Positions 37,014-48,878 of a stretch of DNA of 64,000 nucleotides are shown piece after piece. The DNA is from Marsupella aquatica (lineage: Eukaryota; Plantae; Marchantiophyta), in contig OZ316893.1 in assembly GCA_973895155.1 (NCBI GenBank), positions 14,352,645 to 14,416,644 of the forward strand, read 5' to 3'. The notes below the pieces were generated by a model. The model was given only the letters and a program-made list of their open reading frames with translations. It was not told the origin of the DNA and searched no databases. The position numbers and the translations under genes were made by a program. How positions within the stretch are numbered: position 1 is the stretch's first letter; every line of letters begins with the position of its first letter.

Positions 37014-38858
37014 AAACCGCACCCCGTCAGTCATCACAGTACTGGACTCGTCGTTCAATTCTTTCCGACCGGGAACTGACCTCGCCAACCCGCTAGTCAA
37101 GCAAAGGAACATGATTACAGCAATTGCATGAATCGTGCGATATCGGATCACATGGCAAAATTTTGAGAGCTTTGTCGTTGTATGTGCGTGCATCGACCCC
37201 GTACGTCTTTCGGACAAGGTCACAGGGAGCTGGATTTGCATTTTGTTGTCAACATTTCGAGGTAGGAACATTAATTGGCATCTGTAACAACAGTCTTCGG
37301 GAGTGCAGCCTTGACCTTCGACAGTAAGCGTTCCAGACTTTTCACCTCTAGATTAAGCAATTTTCCATTTTTTGTTGTGGGGTCCTTCCCTAATATTACG
37401 GTACGGGGATAGTTGCACCGTTACAGACTACAGAGTACAGAATTACAGATCCCTCTGCGGACCACAGAGAGTACCTCCCAACCCTATTTCACCTCTGTAT
37501 ATCGCTCCAAAGTTTCGCTCTGCCCAACGTGGCTGAGAGAAATTCTCTGAACAAGGCGACAAGCTTTGGCCGCACTGGTGTCTGAAGAACTGAAGAAGGC
37601 TGAACTCTGAAGGAGCTGTGGATTCTTGGACTACAGAGACGTCGCTGTAGAGAAACAAGGCTCTCTTGACACACATGGTCCTGGCATGTTTCATTAAAAT
37701 AGACTACTCAACGCGCGGATGAGGTCACCAAGAAATTTGCAACAGCAACATGTTCATAACGTTCGATTTTCTAGGCAGAAATTTGCAACAGTATTTACCT
37801 GAATTAAGTCACCGATACCTTTATGATACTACAGTCTCTCCTCAGTCCCTTAAGACTAGAATTGGGGACGAGAGTCCTCTTATTGAGATTGGCGTGAAGA
37901 TTCGACATGAAACGCATGAATCTCCAATCACCGCGAAATCCATGTACAGTGGATGACTGTTTGTGAAAACCCACTGTAGGCATAAAGTCGGTTGGTCTTA
38001 AAGTGTCACGACAATTGTTCAGAACGAGACTTGATGGGGCCCTGGGCCCAAACAAACGCTTGAAGAGGCCCAATTAATTTCAGAAGACTAACTGGTCCCC
38101 ACATAAGGAGGGTAATTGTTGCGTGCGAGCAACTGGTATTGAGTAAAAACTACACTTCACTAGCAAGGGTAGTGCTTAGCTAGCCAAACCCTGGTTAGAG
38201 CATCTCCAGGGGAACATGGCCGCAAACCTCTAAAGGGGTCTGTTTGCGGCCATAGATGGCATCCCCCAAAGTCTATAGCCTGTAAAAGCTTGTAGAACTC
38301 CACCCGTCGTGCCTAAATCTACCGCCATCTCAATCCCGCTAGGCAGATTGTCGAGCAGGTCGTCAGGATTCCACCTGCTGTTGCTGCATGCTGGCTTCAT
38401 CACCGTTGATTGATTTGCAGGTCAGCAGAGGGGCACTGCATGTTGCCGCCTTTCTCACAGAAACTGGAGGTTGCGAGGTTGAAATTATTGCAGTCGCCGC
38501 AATAATTTATCGGATGGAGGTACCGGTGGGGAAGGGTTTCAGGATAAGTTGAGGCAAACTCCTGAAAGTAGTGATTGCGGGCCCAACGGAGAGCAACACT
38601 GGAGATGCTGTTAGTGAAATACATTTCTGGTGCTTCTCTTTTGGCAGGTAAATTTGCTAGAGGCACTCAAAATAGAAAAGTCAGCAAGAAACAAAAGAAA
38701 TTTAAAACCACTAGTGACTAGCTAACAACATTCTCCTCACTATCAAAAATTCCTATATGCTTGCATCATACAATACCTCAGGGAAGGGTTGACATGCTAT
38801 TATTTTGAACACCAGCTCATTTGAAATAGAGGAACATGCCGAACATGGTTATCCTTTT

Positions 38859-39292
38859 GCATGGTTAGAGTCTAACTTGGTCAGGTTTAGGGTTCACCTG
38901 TTGTATGCCCGAGTTAGTCCAGCATTGGTGGCCTACAGGTGCTCAAGTGCTGCAGAGCCAACCTTGAGACATCAATTCAACTCCTCCTGGTAGTGAGACA
39001 TGGTCAACCATGGTGAGGGAACCATGCAGTCAAATACATGAGTGATTGGGTCTAAAAATAGCCAACTACATGGACAATGTTGTCACAGAACCTGATTACA
39101 GTTGTCCATGGTTAGAGTCAAACTCTAGTCAGGTTTACAATTTCCTGGTTGTATGTCCACCATTGCCCAGCTGGGTGCTTGACACTGGGTACCTGAAGAA
39201 TGCAGGTACTCCAATGCTGCAGATCCGACCTCAGGCCATCATTTGACTGCTCCCAGATAGCCATGGACCATGGTGAGGGAACCATGCAGTCT
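38859..39292. repeat. Diverged direct duplication, two ~180-bp copies
   Basis: catggttagagtc.aact...gtcaggttta...gctgcaga...ccatggtgagggaaccatgcagtc at ~38859-39032 and ~39107-39292. Confidence 0.75.
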
Positions 39293-42177
39293 ACCACTAA
39301 GCAATTGTGACGTGACTACAAACTGTAAAAGCATCCTTGGAAATGTTAATGTCATTGTGTGTATGAGTTTGTCACAAGAAATCACATTTCACACCCTCAT
39401 CAAGAGGACAATATACCACGTGATTTAGCTTATGTTTTTGAGTGTTGAATTTTTTCCTAGTGTCAGGGTACTCCTCTTGGAATGAGTTGTGCACAAGCTT
39501 CCTTTGATCTTAGATATTTTAAAGTCAGGACCTGTAATGCAGTATAGAGTGCTTGTACCACAAACCTAAGCCTGGCTTACCAGTTGGGAAGTTACCTTTT
39601 TGTCATATCAAGAATACCGCAGTGGTAACTTGGTTAGTGATTCTCAATTGCAAAAGGTTATGTTCACTTGGTTCCCAAATCAAAAAGTTATGTTTACAGT
39701 TTCCCCAATCAAAAAGTTTTCTTGGTCTATTTTTCTAGTATTCTGCTTGTACCGCCAAAACAAGTGTGTGCGGCCAAATTTCAACAGATAACAGAGTTTT
39801 CCAGTGCATTTCACCTCATATGAAGTTTTCCAGGCTACTGTATCTGGATCCCATTTCCTCCTTATTTCCCAAAATTGCCCCCACACATGGTCCAAGCCCA
39901 GGGTTTTAGCGGAGGTAGGTTTTTTAATATGTATTGGTTACCTGGGAACCCAGGCTGCGAATACTGTAAGCCTCATACAGTCACAATGGGGGCAATGACA
40001 GTCTCCAGGAATGCTCGTCCAGATTGTGTGTGATTGGTGCTTGTTCTACTATTGCCCTTTTCATTGTCAAATGGAAAACTCCCTGAATTTTGGCTCTTTG
40101 GTTGCCTCCCCTTGACCGAGTCTTTTGCCGGTCGGATCATGCCTACCTTTTGGGCATGAGCCTACCAATTGAGTGCCTTTTGTTTTTTGGCAATTTGATA
40201 TTCAAATTTCAGACCCATTTATTCATCTTGCTAATATTGAAATTGAAATTGGATGGGTTCCTCAGAGGAAAATTGGACAGGGTCCGTACTCATGAGACCA
40301 CCGTCCCAACTGTCCCTAGGTCCAAATTGCCAATGATTCATGCTACTCTGTGCCCACTGAAGCCAACCAAAAACCTTCTTTACAAAAATTCATGGAGACT
40401 CCAGCTACTGTAGAAGGCACCTTCTTCTCGCCAGCACTTTGGAGGGCAGACTGATGTCTCCAGCATGTAGCTCTCATCATTTCCTCCATAATTCGGTACG
40501 GTAAATTATACTCTTTACTTGCATCCAGCTCTCATCATTTTTTTTCAAACCTCTGTAGTGTAGTACTGAGTAATAGCTGTTTAGGTGTCTACTTAGTTTT
40601 ATAGATATAGATATCTATGCTGGTCATCATTCGTCGATACGGTAATCGGGTACAGCAGTATTCAATCATCGTTCCCACGGGGTTGACTATTTTTGCCTAT
40701 AGCAACAACAACAACAACTCCAGAAAGTATTTCAGACTGAATTGTAGCGGAGATTTGGCTTAAAGTCAAAAGACTGCCATGGTGTGAAGTCGAAATTAGT
40801 CGATGCTGCACTATCTCTGTTTATTGCTGCAAGTGTGCCCTCGATTTGAACGCTCAGCTCATGTGCTGAACAAACCAACTTTAACCAAGTCTACGAATAA
40901 CACAAACACTGGAAGATGGGCTCAGGGCTCTAGACAGATTTCTCTTGGCTGGCGACCATCATGACAACGCACCTTCTTCCTTGAAGGATATTTTTATTGT
41001 CAATGTAAAGACCCCTTCCTTCCGTCCACAATTTGGTAATGGGCTCAATAGTTACTTGTTCCGTAATGCGTTAATTGAGGTGGTCCTTTCACCTCCACAC
41101 CCGCCATGAAATATTGCCATAGCTACAGTAGGTTCCGTTGGGCATTAGGAGATGTCCTGCCTTGGTACTTGGGCGGGCATGCCAAGTCTGCCCTTACATA
41201 GAGTAGAACCACTCATTGCTTTGACTAGTAGCTATTGTTTTACGTTCTCATATTGCCATCCCTGGCATTACCCCTCATATTGTCATCACTGGCGATTCCC
41301 CACCTTGGGCCCACTATTTGATTCTTTATTGCTAAGTAAAATGTTCATTTCAAAGCCAAAAGAGTATTGAATTTTAGAGGAGCATATAATGGTGACACCC
41401 ATTAGAGGGCCCTTAATGGATGTCACCATGATAGTGGCAAAAGTAACCACAGACTGGCCTGAGGAGTAACCAGGCCCCTGACCAAATAGGGATTGGTTTC
41501 AACAGGCTGAACAAACTTGTACACTTGTGAAATATTTCAGCCCCCCCCCCCCCCCCCCCCCCTGCAGGAGCCAGCCTTCACCCTCTATCTTGTCAATTAT
41601 GCCCATCCTAGTACCTCTGGAATGGTACATCATCTTCAGTGTGTTGTGTTACTAATTAAAAAAAATGTTGTATTATTCCCCATTACCCTACCATCACTTA
41701 CCTGTTTCAGATTTTAGAGGTCACAACACTCTACTTTACTTCGTTCAGCAAACATAAGAGTTGCCTGGAAAAAGGGTGACTTCAACGCTCACTCAACTAT
41801 CAATGGAAAGACAATTTATTTTTTACTTATTTTCTCACAATCACTATGTGGGTACACAATTCTATAACTTGTAGAACATGCAAAGGGGCTGAATATGAGG
41901 CCAAAACTAGCCAAAACTTACCTGGGTCAGGAGTCTTTGCCAATGTTCCATCAGTACCCTTAAGTCTACGGTACTATCCAAAGCATCCTGTGAGACATAG
42001 TCGTTCCTATAACACCAAAGGGCTTGGAGCATTCTGTTAATCTGTTATGTAAGGGCTACTAAACTGACTTTTTGAATTTGTTTTATCAGCTTTTTATTAA
42101 CCTGTCCCCCAAACTGAGCTAAATTATTAACCTACCCCCAAAATTCTTTTAATTGCTAGGTTTCCCCCCCATATTGT

Positions 42178-42521
42178 TGTTGAACATAGACGACAATCGC
42201 AACGGCAAGCCCATGAACCATCCAACGCACAAGAGTCGACACAGAGAGATACGTGGTTCACCTCCACATGAGGCTACGTCCACGGGAACACACGAGAGCT
42301 TTACTGCACTCTAGGCCGATCATCATTCCAAGCATCCACAACGCAAACTCTCTCTATCTCTCAACTAGCTCCGTAACAATGAGCCTGAGTTCCCACTCAC
42401 CAACCAAACACCGCTTGGTTATAGAGTGTGCACAACATGACTAACCTAACCAAGTCTACAACTAAGGTTAGCCTTAACTATGGTATAGTCGTAACTCTAG
42501 ACCTAAGAGTAAATCCTAACA
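42178..42521 (-). repeat. 3' LTR of the copia element (344 bp)
   Basis: tgttgaacatag...aatcctaaca, with 13 substitutions against the other LTR by manual count. The polypurine tract (AAGGGGGAGAT on minus) lies at 42522-42532. Confidence 0.97.
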
Positions 42522-42727
42522 ATCTCCCCCTTGACTCTGGTCTAGGAGAGGATAAAGACTGCTATGAATATGATTGCTCAGAGGGAAGTTCTGGAAAGAA
42601 AAACCAAACCGGTTTTTCCCTCTTTATACGAGAGTAGACCAGAACTAAGCCGTAGCCTATACAAGGAATGAGCAAGAGCATATCTCAGTATCTACACAAA
42701 TGTTAAGTAACCCTACTTGTGAGGCAA

Positions 42728-44239
42728 TTACAAAACCTGCAACGCATCACGGTGTCTAGAAAAACTCTTCAAAGGAATCACTTTGGTAAAAGCGTCAGCC
42801 GGGTTGAGTTTAGCGTCAATCTTGATTAGCTCAAACATATTATCAGACACAGCTTGCCTGATAAAATGATATCTGACGTCAATGTGCTTCACTCTGTTGT
42901 CCATCACCTGGTTCACAGCAAGGTGAAGCGCACTCTGACTATCACAATGGAGCTTCACATTCCCCTGTGGCAATCCCATCTCAGTGATCAGTCTATCCAA
43001 CCAAATCGCTTCCTTTGCTGCTTCCGCTGCTGCAACATACTTCGCTTTTGTAGTAGATTGAGCAATACACTTCTGCAAAGTAGACCTCCAACTTATGCAT
43101 CCACCTCCCAGTGTGAACACATAACCTGTTGTTGACCTCCTCCGATCCAGATCCTGTGCATAGTCAGCATCTACATAGCCCATCAATGATCTAGCATTAT
43201 CAGCATGTGCATCAAACAATAGACCATGATCCACGGTACCCTTCAAATACCGAATAATCCACTTCACTGCTTCCCAGTGTACCTTCCCTGGATTCGACAT
43301 GTACCTACTCACCTTGCCCATAGCCATGGCAAGATCAAGTCTAGTACAAGTCATTAAATACATGAGACTCCCCACTGCCTTGTCATACGGAACCTTTGAT
43401 ATCAACCCCTTCTCTGTGTCATCCGTAGGACAGAAAGCTGATGACAACTTGAAGTGTGGAGCCAACGGGGTACTTACTGGCTTGCTATCCCCCATGTTGA
43501 ACCTTGCAATTACCTTCCTTGCATAACTGCTCTGCGTCAACCATAGCTTACCAGCCTTCAAGTCCCTAGTGATCTCCATACCCAAAATTCTCTTAGCTGG
43601 CCCTAAGTCCTTCATCTTAAAGTCTGCACTAAGCAGTGCCTTGAGCTTAACAATCTCAGACCTATCCTTGGCCGCAATAAGCATGTCATCCACATAAAGT
43701 ACTAAAACAATGAACCCAAAAACAACATTCTTCACTGGTTTAAGATACACACATGGGTCAAACACACTCCTGTGAAAGCCTTGTGCACAGATCCAATCAT
43801 CAAACCGCTTATTCCACTGTCTTGGTGACTGTTTCAACCCGTACAAGGATCTCAGCAATCTGCAAACCAAATCCTCTTGCCCTTTTTTCACAAAACCTAG
43901 CGGCTGTCTCATGAAGATCACCTCTTCCAAGGTGCCATAGAGGAAAGCTGTGACAACATCCATCTGATCTAGCAGCAGACCAAACATAACAACAAGCACA
44001 CACAATAGCCGTATTGTTGAGTACTTAGCAACTGGTGAGAAGACCTCATTGTAATCCACACCTTTTTCCTGTGTGAATCCCTTGGCTACCAACCTAGCCT
44101 TGTAGACCTTTGATCCACCTTCTGTGAACTGATCCTTCAGCTTGTATATCCACTTGCTGTCCACCACTTGCTGTCCCTCAGGTAGCTGGACAAGCTCCCA
44201 AGTTTTGTTGTCCTTCAGTGACTGCATCTCCATTTGCAT
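42728..44239 (-). pseudogene. Copia reverse transcriptase-RNase H segment (open for 503 aa but cut off from the upstream pol)
   Basis: KARLVAKGFTQ, QMDVVTAFL, SLYGLKQSPRQW, LYVDDML, GYVDADYA, KHIDVRYHF. Confidence 0.92.
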
Positions 44240-44279
44240 TACTGCAGTCCACTCCTGCTTCTCCTTTGAAGCACTTGCT

Positions 44280-45446
44280 TCATGAAATCAACGCATCACC
44301 CTCATCATCAGTAACAAAGTCCTCCTCTTGCAATTGAGATGAATCAACCCACTGTCCATACCTTGGTGGAGCGCGTACAGTGCGACCAGATGTTCTTCTA
44401 GCCGATGACTTCGGTTGATCTGCGTGTGCTGGTACAATTTGAAGCTCAGCAGCATCCACTTGATGCTCACCAGCATCAACAAACTCCTCTGGTTCCTCTA
44501 GCACAGGAACCAACTCCATAATTGGAGCAACTCCTTCTCTCCGGTCATGCACCTCATGACCAATCTCCCCCTCAACGAGATCCGGGATAGGAGATTTTTT
44601 TTTGTCAGTACGGGAGACCTGAGTATTCTCCCCCTCCTTCAATAATCTGGATTCATTGAAGGAAACATCTTTACTGACAACGAGCTTACAGACAATAGGA
44701 TCCCATAGCCTATAGGCTTTCACACCACTCTGGTACCCAAGAAAAACACATTTCTTGGAGGTAGGATCCAACTTGGTCCTATTCTGCTTCGGTGTGAGAG
44801 CATATGCATCACTTCCAAAAACTACCAAGCCATGATAGTCTGCTTGTCGCTTATAGCGCATCTCAAACGGCGTTTTGAAATTGATAGCACTAGAAGGAGA
44901 AAGATTTACCAAATAAGTTGCGGTACTGACAGCTTCTGTCCAAAATTCTTGTGGTAAACCTGATTGGCTCAATATACTCCGTGACCTCTCTAACAATGTT
45001 CGATTGAGCCTCTCAGAGACACCATTCTGCTGCGGAGTATAAACTGTGGTGAGATGGCGAGTTATCCCTTGTTCTGAACAGTACTCTTCAAATTCCACTG
45101 AAGTGTACTCCCCACCGTTGTCTGACCTCAGACTCTTCACCCTTGTATCAAAACACTTGACCGTGTTTCCAGTCTGATTTTCCACCTGGGCCTTCCACTT
45201 CTTAAAAATGGACAAGACATCAGACTTATGCGTCATGAAATAAATCCACACAAATCTTGAGTAATCATCAATAAATGATACATAATACAAATTTCCAGAA
45301 TGTGAGGGAGTCGGGGATGGATCCCACACGTCACTATGTATGTACTCAAGAACCACTTTGGAACGATGAGTTCCAACACCGAAAGCACAACGATGCTGCT
45401 TTCCAAGAATGCAATGCTCACAAAACTCTAATTTACAAGATTGCAA
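44280..45446 (-). pseudogene. Copia integrase segment
   Basis: CEHCILGKQHR, IHSDVW, FIDDYSR, LRSDNGGEY, PQQNGVSER and the CVFLGY..GVKAYRLWDP (GKGY-like) motif. It ends in a premature stop/frameshift. Confidence 0.9.
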
Positions 45447-45458
45447 ATCAGAAATGAG

Positions 45459-46999
45459 TCAATTCTTTCGTAAGATAGCCAAAACCTTCTCACTCATGTG
45501 GCCTAACCGTGAATACCACAGTTGAGTCATCTCCTCGTGAGACTTGGTTACATTGGCCTCTCCACATACAGTATTGCCCTGTAACACATACAAATTCTTC
45601 TGTCTGCTCCCCTTCAAAATCACTGTCTCTCCCGACCTGACTTGAAGTTCACCATCAATAACGCTCCATTGATTACCATTTGAATCCAACACACCGAGTG
45701 AAATCAGATTCTTACGCATGCCAGGTACATACCTGACTCCGAACACTTTGCGCACAGCGCCATCAAACATTTGAATTTTCACAGACCCAATTCCCCCAAT
45801 TTGACAAAAGTGATCATTTCCCATTAGAACTGAACCGTTTGAAACAGAGTAAGAACTGAAAAACTCATGAATGTAACAAATATGAAAAGAGCAAGCACAA
45901 TCAAGAATCCACACATCATCTGCTCCCCTAGATGACGTGCACAGGGCATACCCCCGGCTTCATAAAACATACTCATCATTGAGTAAATCAGCTTCTCCAT
46001 CAGCCCTAGCCACATTTGCCAATGAAGATTCTGCTGCCTTCCCTTACAGTCTCGCTTGAAGTGTCCAACTTGGTTGCACTTCCAACATGTCACCTGCCTC
46101 CTCTGAGGGGATTTACCCCTAGACTTAGATCTGGATTTAGATCTAAACTGGGTTCTACGGTCCCCAGTTGGTTGCTGCATACTCCTCCCACGATTAACAT
46201 TGAGGGCAGCACCAGATGATGAAGGCTGTGATGTGATGTGCATCTTCTGTTGAAGATCATCACTAAGCAGAGAACTTACCACGTCATTGTATGAAATGGT
46301 ATCCCTATCACGATGCAACAACACTCGTGATAGGGACTGGTAAGATGGAGGCAATGAACTGAGAAGTTGCAGAGCCTTTGTCTCATCATTCAAAGTCTCC
46401 CCAAGGTTTTCCAAGTCAACGACCATGTCGTTGAAAGCATCCACATGGTCTTGTAACTTTGTACCGGATTCCTTCATCCTGAAACTCATCAGTTTGTAGG
46501 AAGTGTAGAGCCGGTTTGACAACTCTTTGCGGTGATACTTGCTCTGCAATTCCGCAAACAAGGACATGCAATCCTTATGTGCACCCAATTGCTTGATGAT
46601 GGGAGGCATGAGATAGAGTGTAACACACCACACTCCCTGCTCCTGCATGCGGTCCCATTGTTTCTCATGTCAACATCGTCTTCATGAGGGCTCAACAGTT
46701 GGCCCATCCCTGACGCATAGAGCACTCCCTTCACCTGCTTCTCCCATAGCAAGTAGTCAGAGCGTCCATCATACTTTGTCACTTCATACTTGGGTCCCCC
46801 AAGCTTGAAAGTCCCCATCTTCTTCTTTGGCACTACTGTGAGCTCCGGTAGTAGTACTGCTTCCTCCACCACAGCCGCACCGGTGATGGTACCGGTGTCA
46901 CGTGCTCTTCCTCCTGCTCCTCTCTCTGCCCCTCAAACCTCTGCGGTGATCCTCGTGCTTCAAGTTCCACGTCTTCAAAAACTCCTCCGAATCACTCAT
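45459..46999 (-). pseudogene. Copia gag (UBN2-like region, zinc knuckle) and protease, frameshifted
   Basis: KYEVTKYDGRSDYLLW, LLSSLPPSY, CWKCNQVGHFKRDC, WILDCACSFHIC and RLGHMSEK, spread over several frames. The start is approximate. Confidence 0.88.
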
Positions 47000-48520
47000 A
47001 TGAGAAAATCACAAAAAATGTCGTTTTTCACACATTCTCAAAAAACTTGAAACTCAACACCGCCGCGTAGCCCACAAAGCTAGGAGTCCAATACTGAAAA
47101 CCGAAATCAAAATCAAAATTTGACGGAAAAGTTATTCAAATTTTGGTTGGGGTGGGTAAAACCTTGGGAAACTCCCCCGTTTTGACCACCTCAAGGAATA
47201 ACCAAAGTACCAAGTACAACTCGTCGTCGGAATCGCGATGTGATCGGTGCGCCGCGTTGCCAACTTCAATGGCTACGACCTCGCTGAAAAAGAACCAAAA
47301 AAAGTTACCGTTTGGTGGACGGAATCTTTGTCGGATGGCCAAAAAAACTCTCTATTTTTCGGGAATATTCCTGCACAGTTTGACAGGTCTCACAGGGGGC
47401 CGTTCCCCCTGTCTAAGCGGTTAAAATGGAGGGTCACAGGGCCCGGGATGCGGCACAACCAATGAGGAGGAGGAGAAAAAAATCAGAAAAAGCACTTTAA
47501 AGGGGTCTTAAAGCCCCTGGAAAAGGCCCACATATTCGCGGCCATGTGCGCATATTCGCGACTAGAATCGCGTATAAACTGCCAAAAAACTTGAAAAAAC
47601 GGGTTTAAAGGGGTCAAAACGCGTGTATTTTCGTGTATTCGGGCCATATAAGGGTGTTTTGGGCCCAATTTTCACCAGAAAAAAACACATTTTCGCGCTT
47701 AAAGGGGTGTGGGAGGCCGGGGCGCGCGCCGGGGCATATGGCGAAGTAGGTTTGTCGGGATTTGAAGATATACAAGCCGTATGGGGGCAAAAAAATGCCC
47801 TAAACTAACCTTAAAATGTGCCAAAAAATGACACAAAGGTCGTGTTACAAACCTCAGGTGCCTCCACTTCGGTTTCCAATGAGAAAAGTGATGACCGCCG
47901 ACATGAAATGTTGCCAAATTGCACCGGCACGTCTGCAGCTCCACCAGAGAAGAGAAAACCTCCGCCGTGTCTTACTCTCTCCGCGTCAAGGGCCAATCCT
48001 GGACTCAAAACAATCGCCTCACCATGATCTCTCCGTTGAGCCTCAGCCCTTCGCATTTCTTCCTCGGAGTCAAGCGTCATGACGAGTAATCCGGTTCAAG
48101 GAAAAACAAGCACCATAGCTTGTCAAAAAACCAGAACTCAACTTTCACTCGTCACGATGCACTCAATCCACAAACGCAAGCAAACCAGGTACCAAAATGA
48201 CCAGCTCGCTTCAACCTTCAACTTGAGCTATAACATGCGATGCCTCCCGCACTGCACAGCTCACACCGTTGAAAAGAAATCTCTGGTCTCTCCCCCGAAA
48301 TCCCGTCGAACACGAAAAAAAAAACCTGAACGACGCAAACTTCAATTTCTCCGCACCACGGATACCGATCAGCGAGTTCTAACCACCGTTAGAAAGCCCT
48401 CTCACTAACCTATTCGCTCAGCCACACACATTCAAGTTTCATGCGATGAAACCCCGAATGCAACACCAACAATGAACACTGGAAAACCGTCACGAAAAAA
48501 CCTCGTCACCTCCCAGGCAT

Positions 48521-48532
48521 GCTCTGATACCA
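48521..48532 (-). other. Primer binding site complementary to the tRNA-iMet 3' end
   Basis: gctctgatacca = TGGTATCAGAGC on minus, 2 nt from the 5' LTR. Confidence 0.95.
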
Positions 48533-48534
48533 AT

Positions 48535-48878
48535 TGTTGAGCATAGACGATAATCGCAATGGCAAGCCCATGAACCATCGAACGCACAAGAGTCAACACA
48601 GAGAGATACGTGGTTCACCTCCACATGAGGCTACGTCCACGGGAACACACGAGAGCTTTACTGCACTCTAGGCTGATCGCCATTCCAAGCATCCACAACG
48701 CAAGCTCTCTCTATCTCTCAACTAGCTCCGTAACAATGAGCCTGAGTTCCCACTCACCAACCAAACACCGCTTGATTATAGAGTGTGCACAACATGACTA
48801 ACCTAACCAAGTCTACAACTAAGGTTAGCCTTAACTAAAGTACAGTCGTAACTCTAGACCTAAGAGTAAATCCTAACA
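48535..48878 (-). repeat. 5' LTR of the copia element (344 bp)
   Basis: tgttgagcatag...aatcctaaca, adjacent to the PBS. Confidence 0.97.

Larger units (their letters stand above)
42178..48878 (-). mobile_element. Full-length Ty1/copia LTR retrotransposon (Tnt1/Tork-like), coding region disrupted
   Basis: Two 344-bp TG...CA LTRs, 5-bp TSD ATTGT (42173-77, 48879-83), PBS, PPT, and gag-PR-INT-RT-RH order on the minus strand. Confidence 0.97.

Noticed and set aside
41541-41562. Long poly-C run encoding poly-Pro in a 66-aa ORF
   Set aside because: A simple homopolymer; the ORF has no other coding signal.
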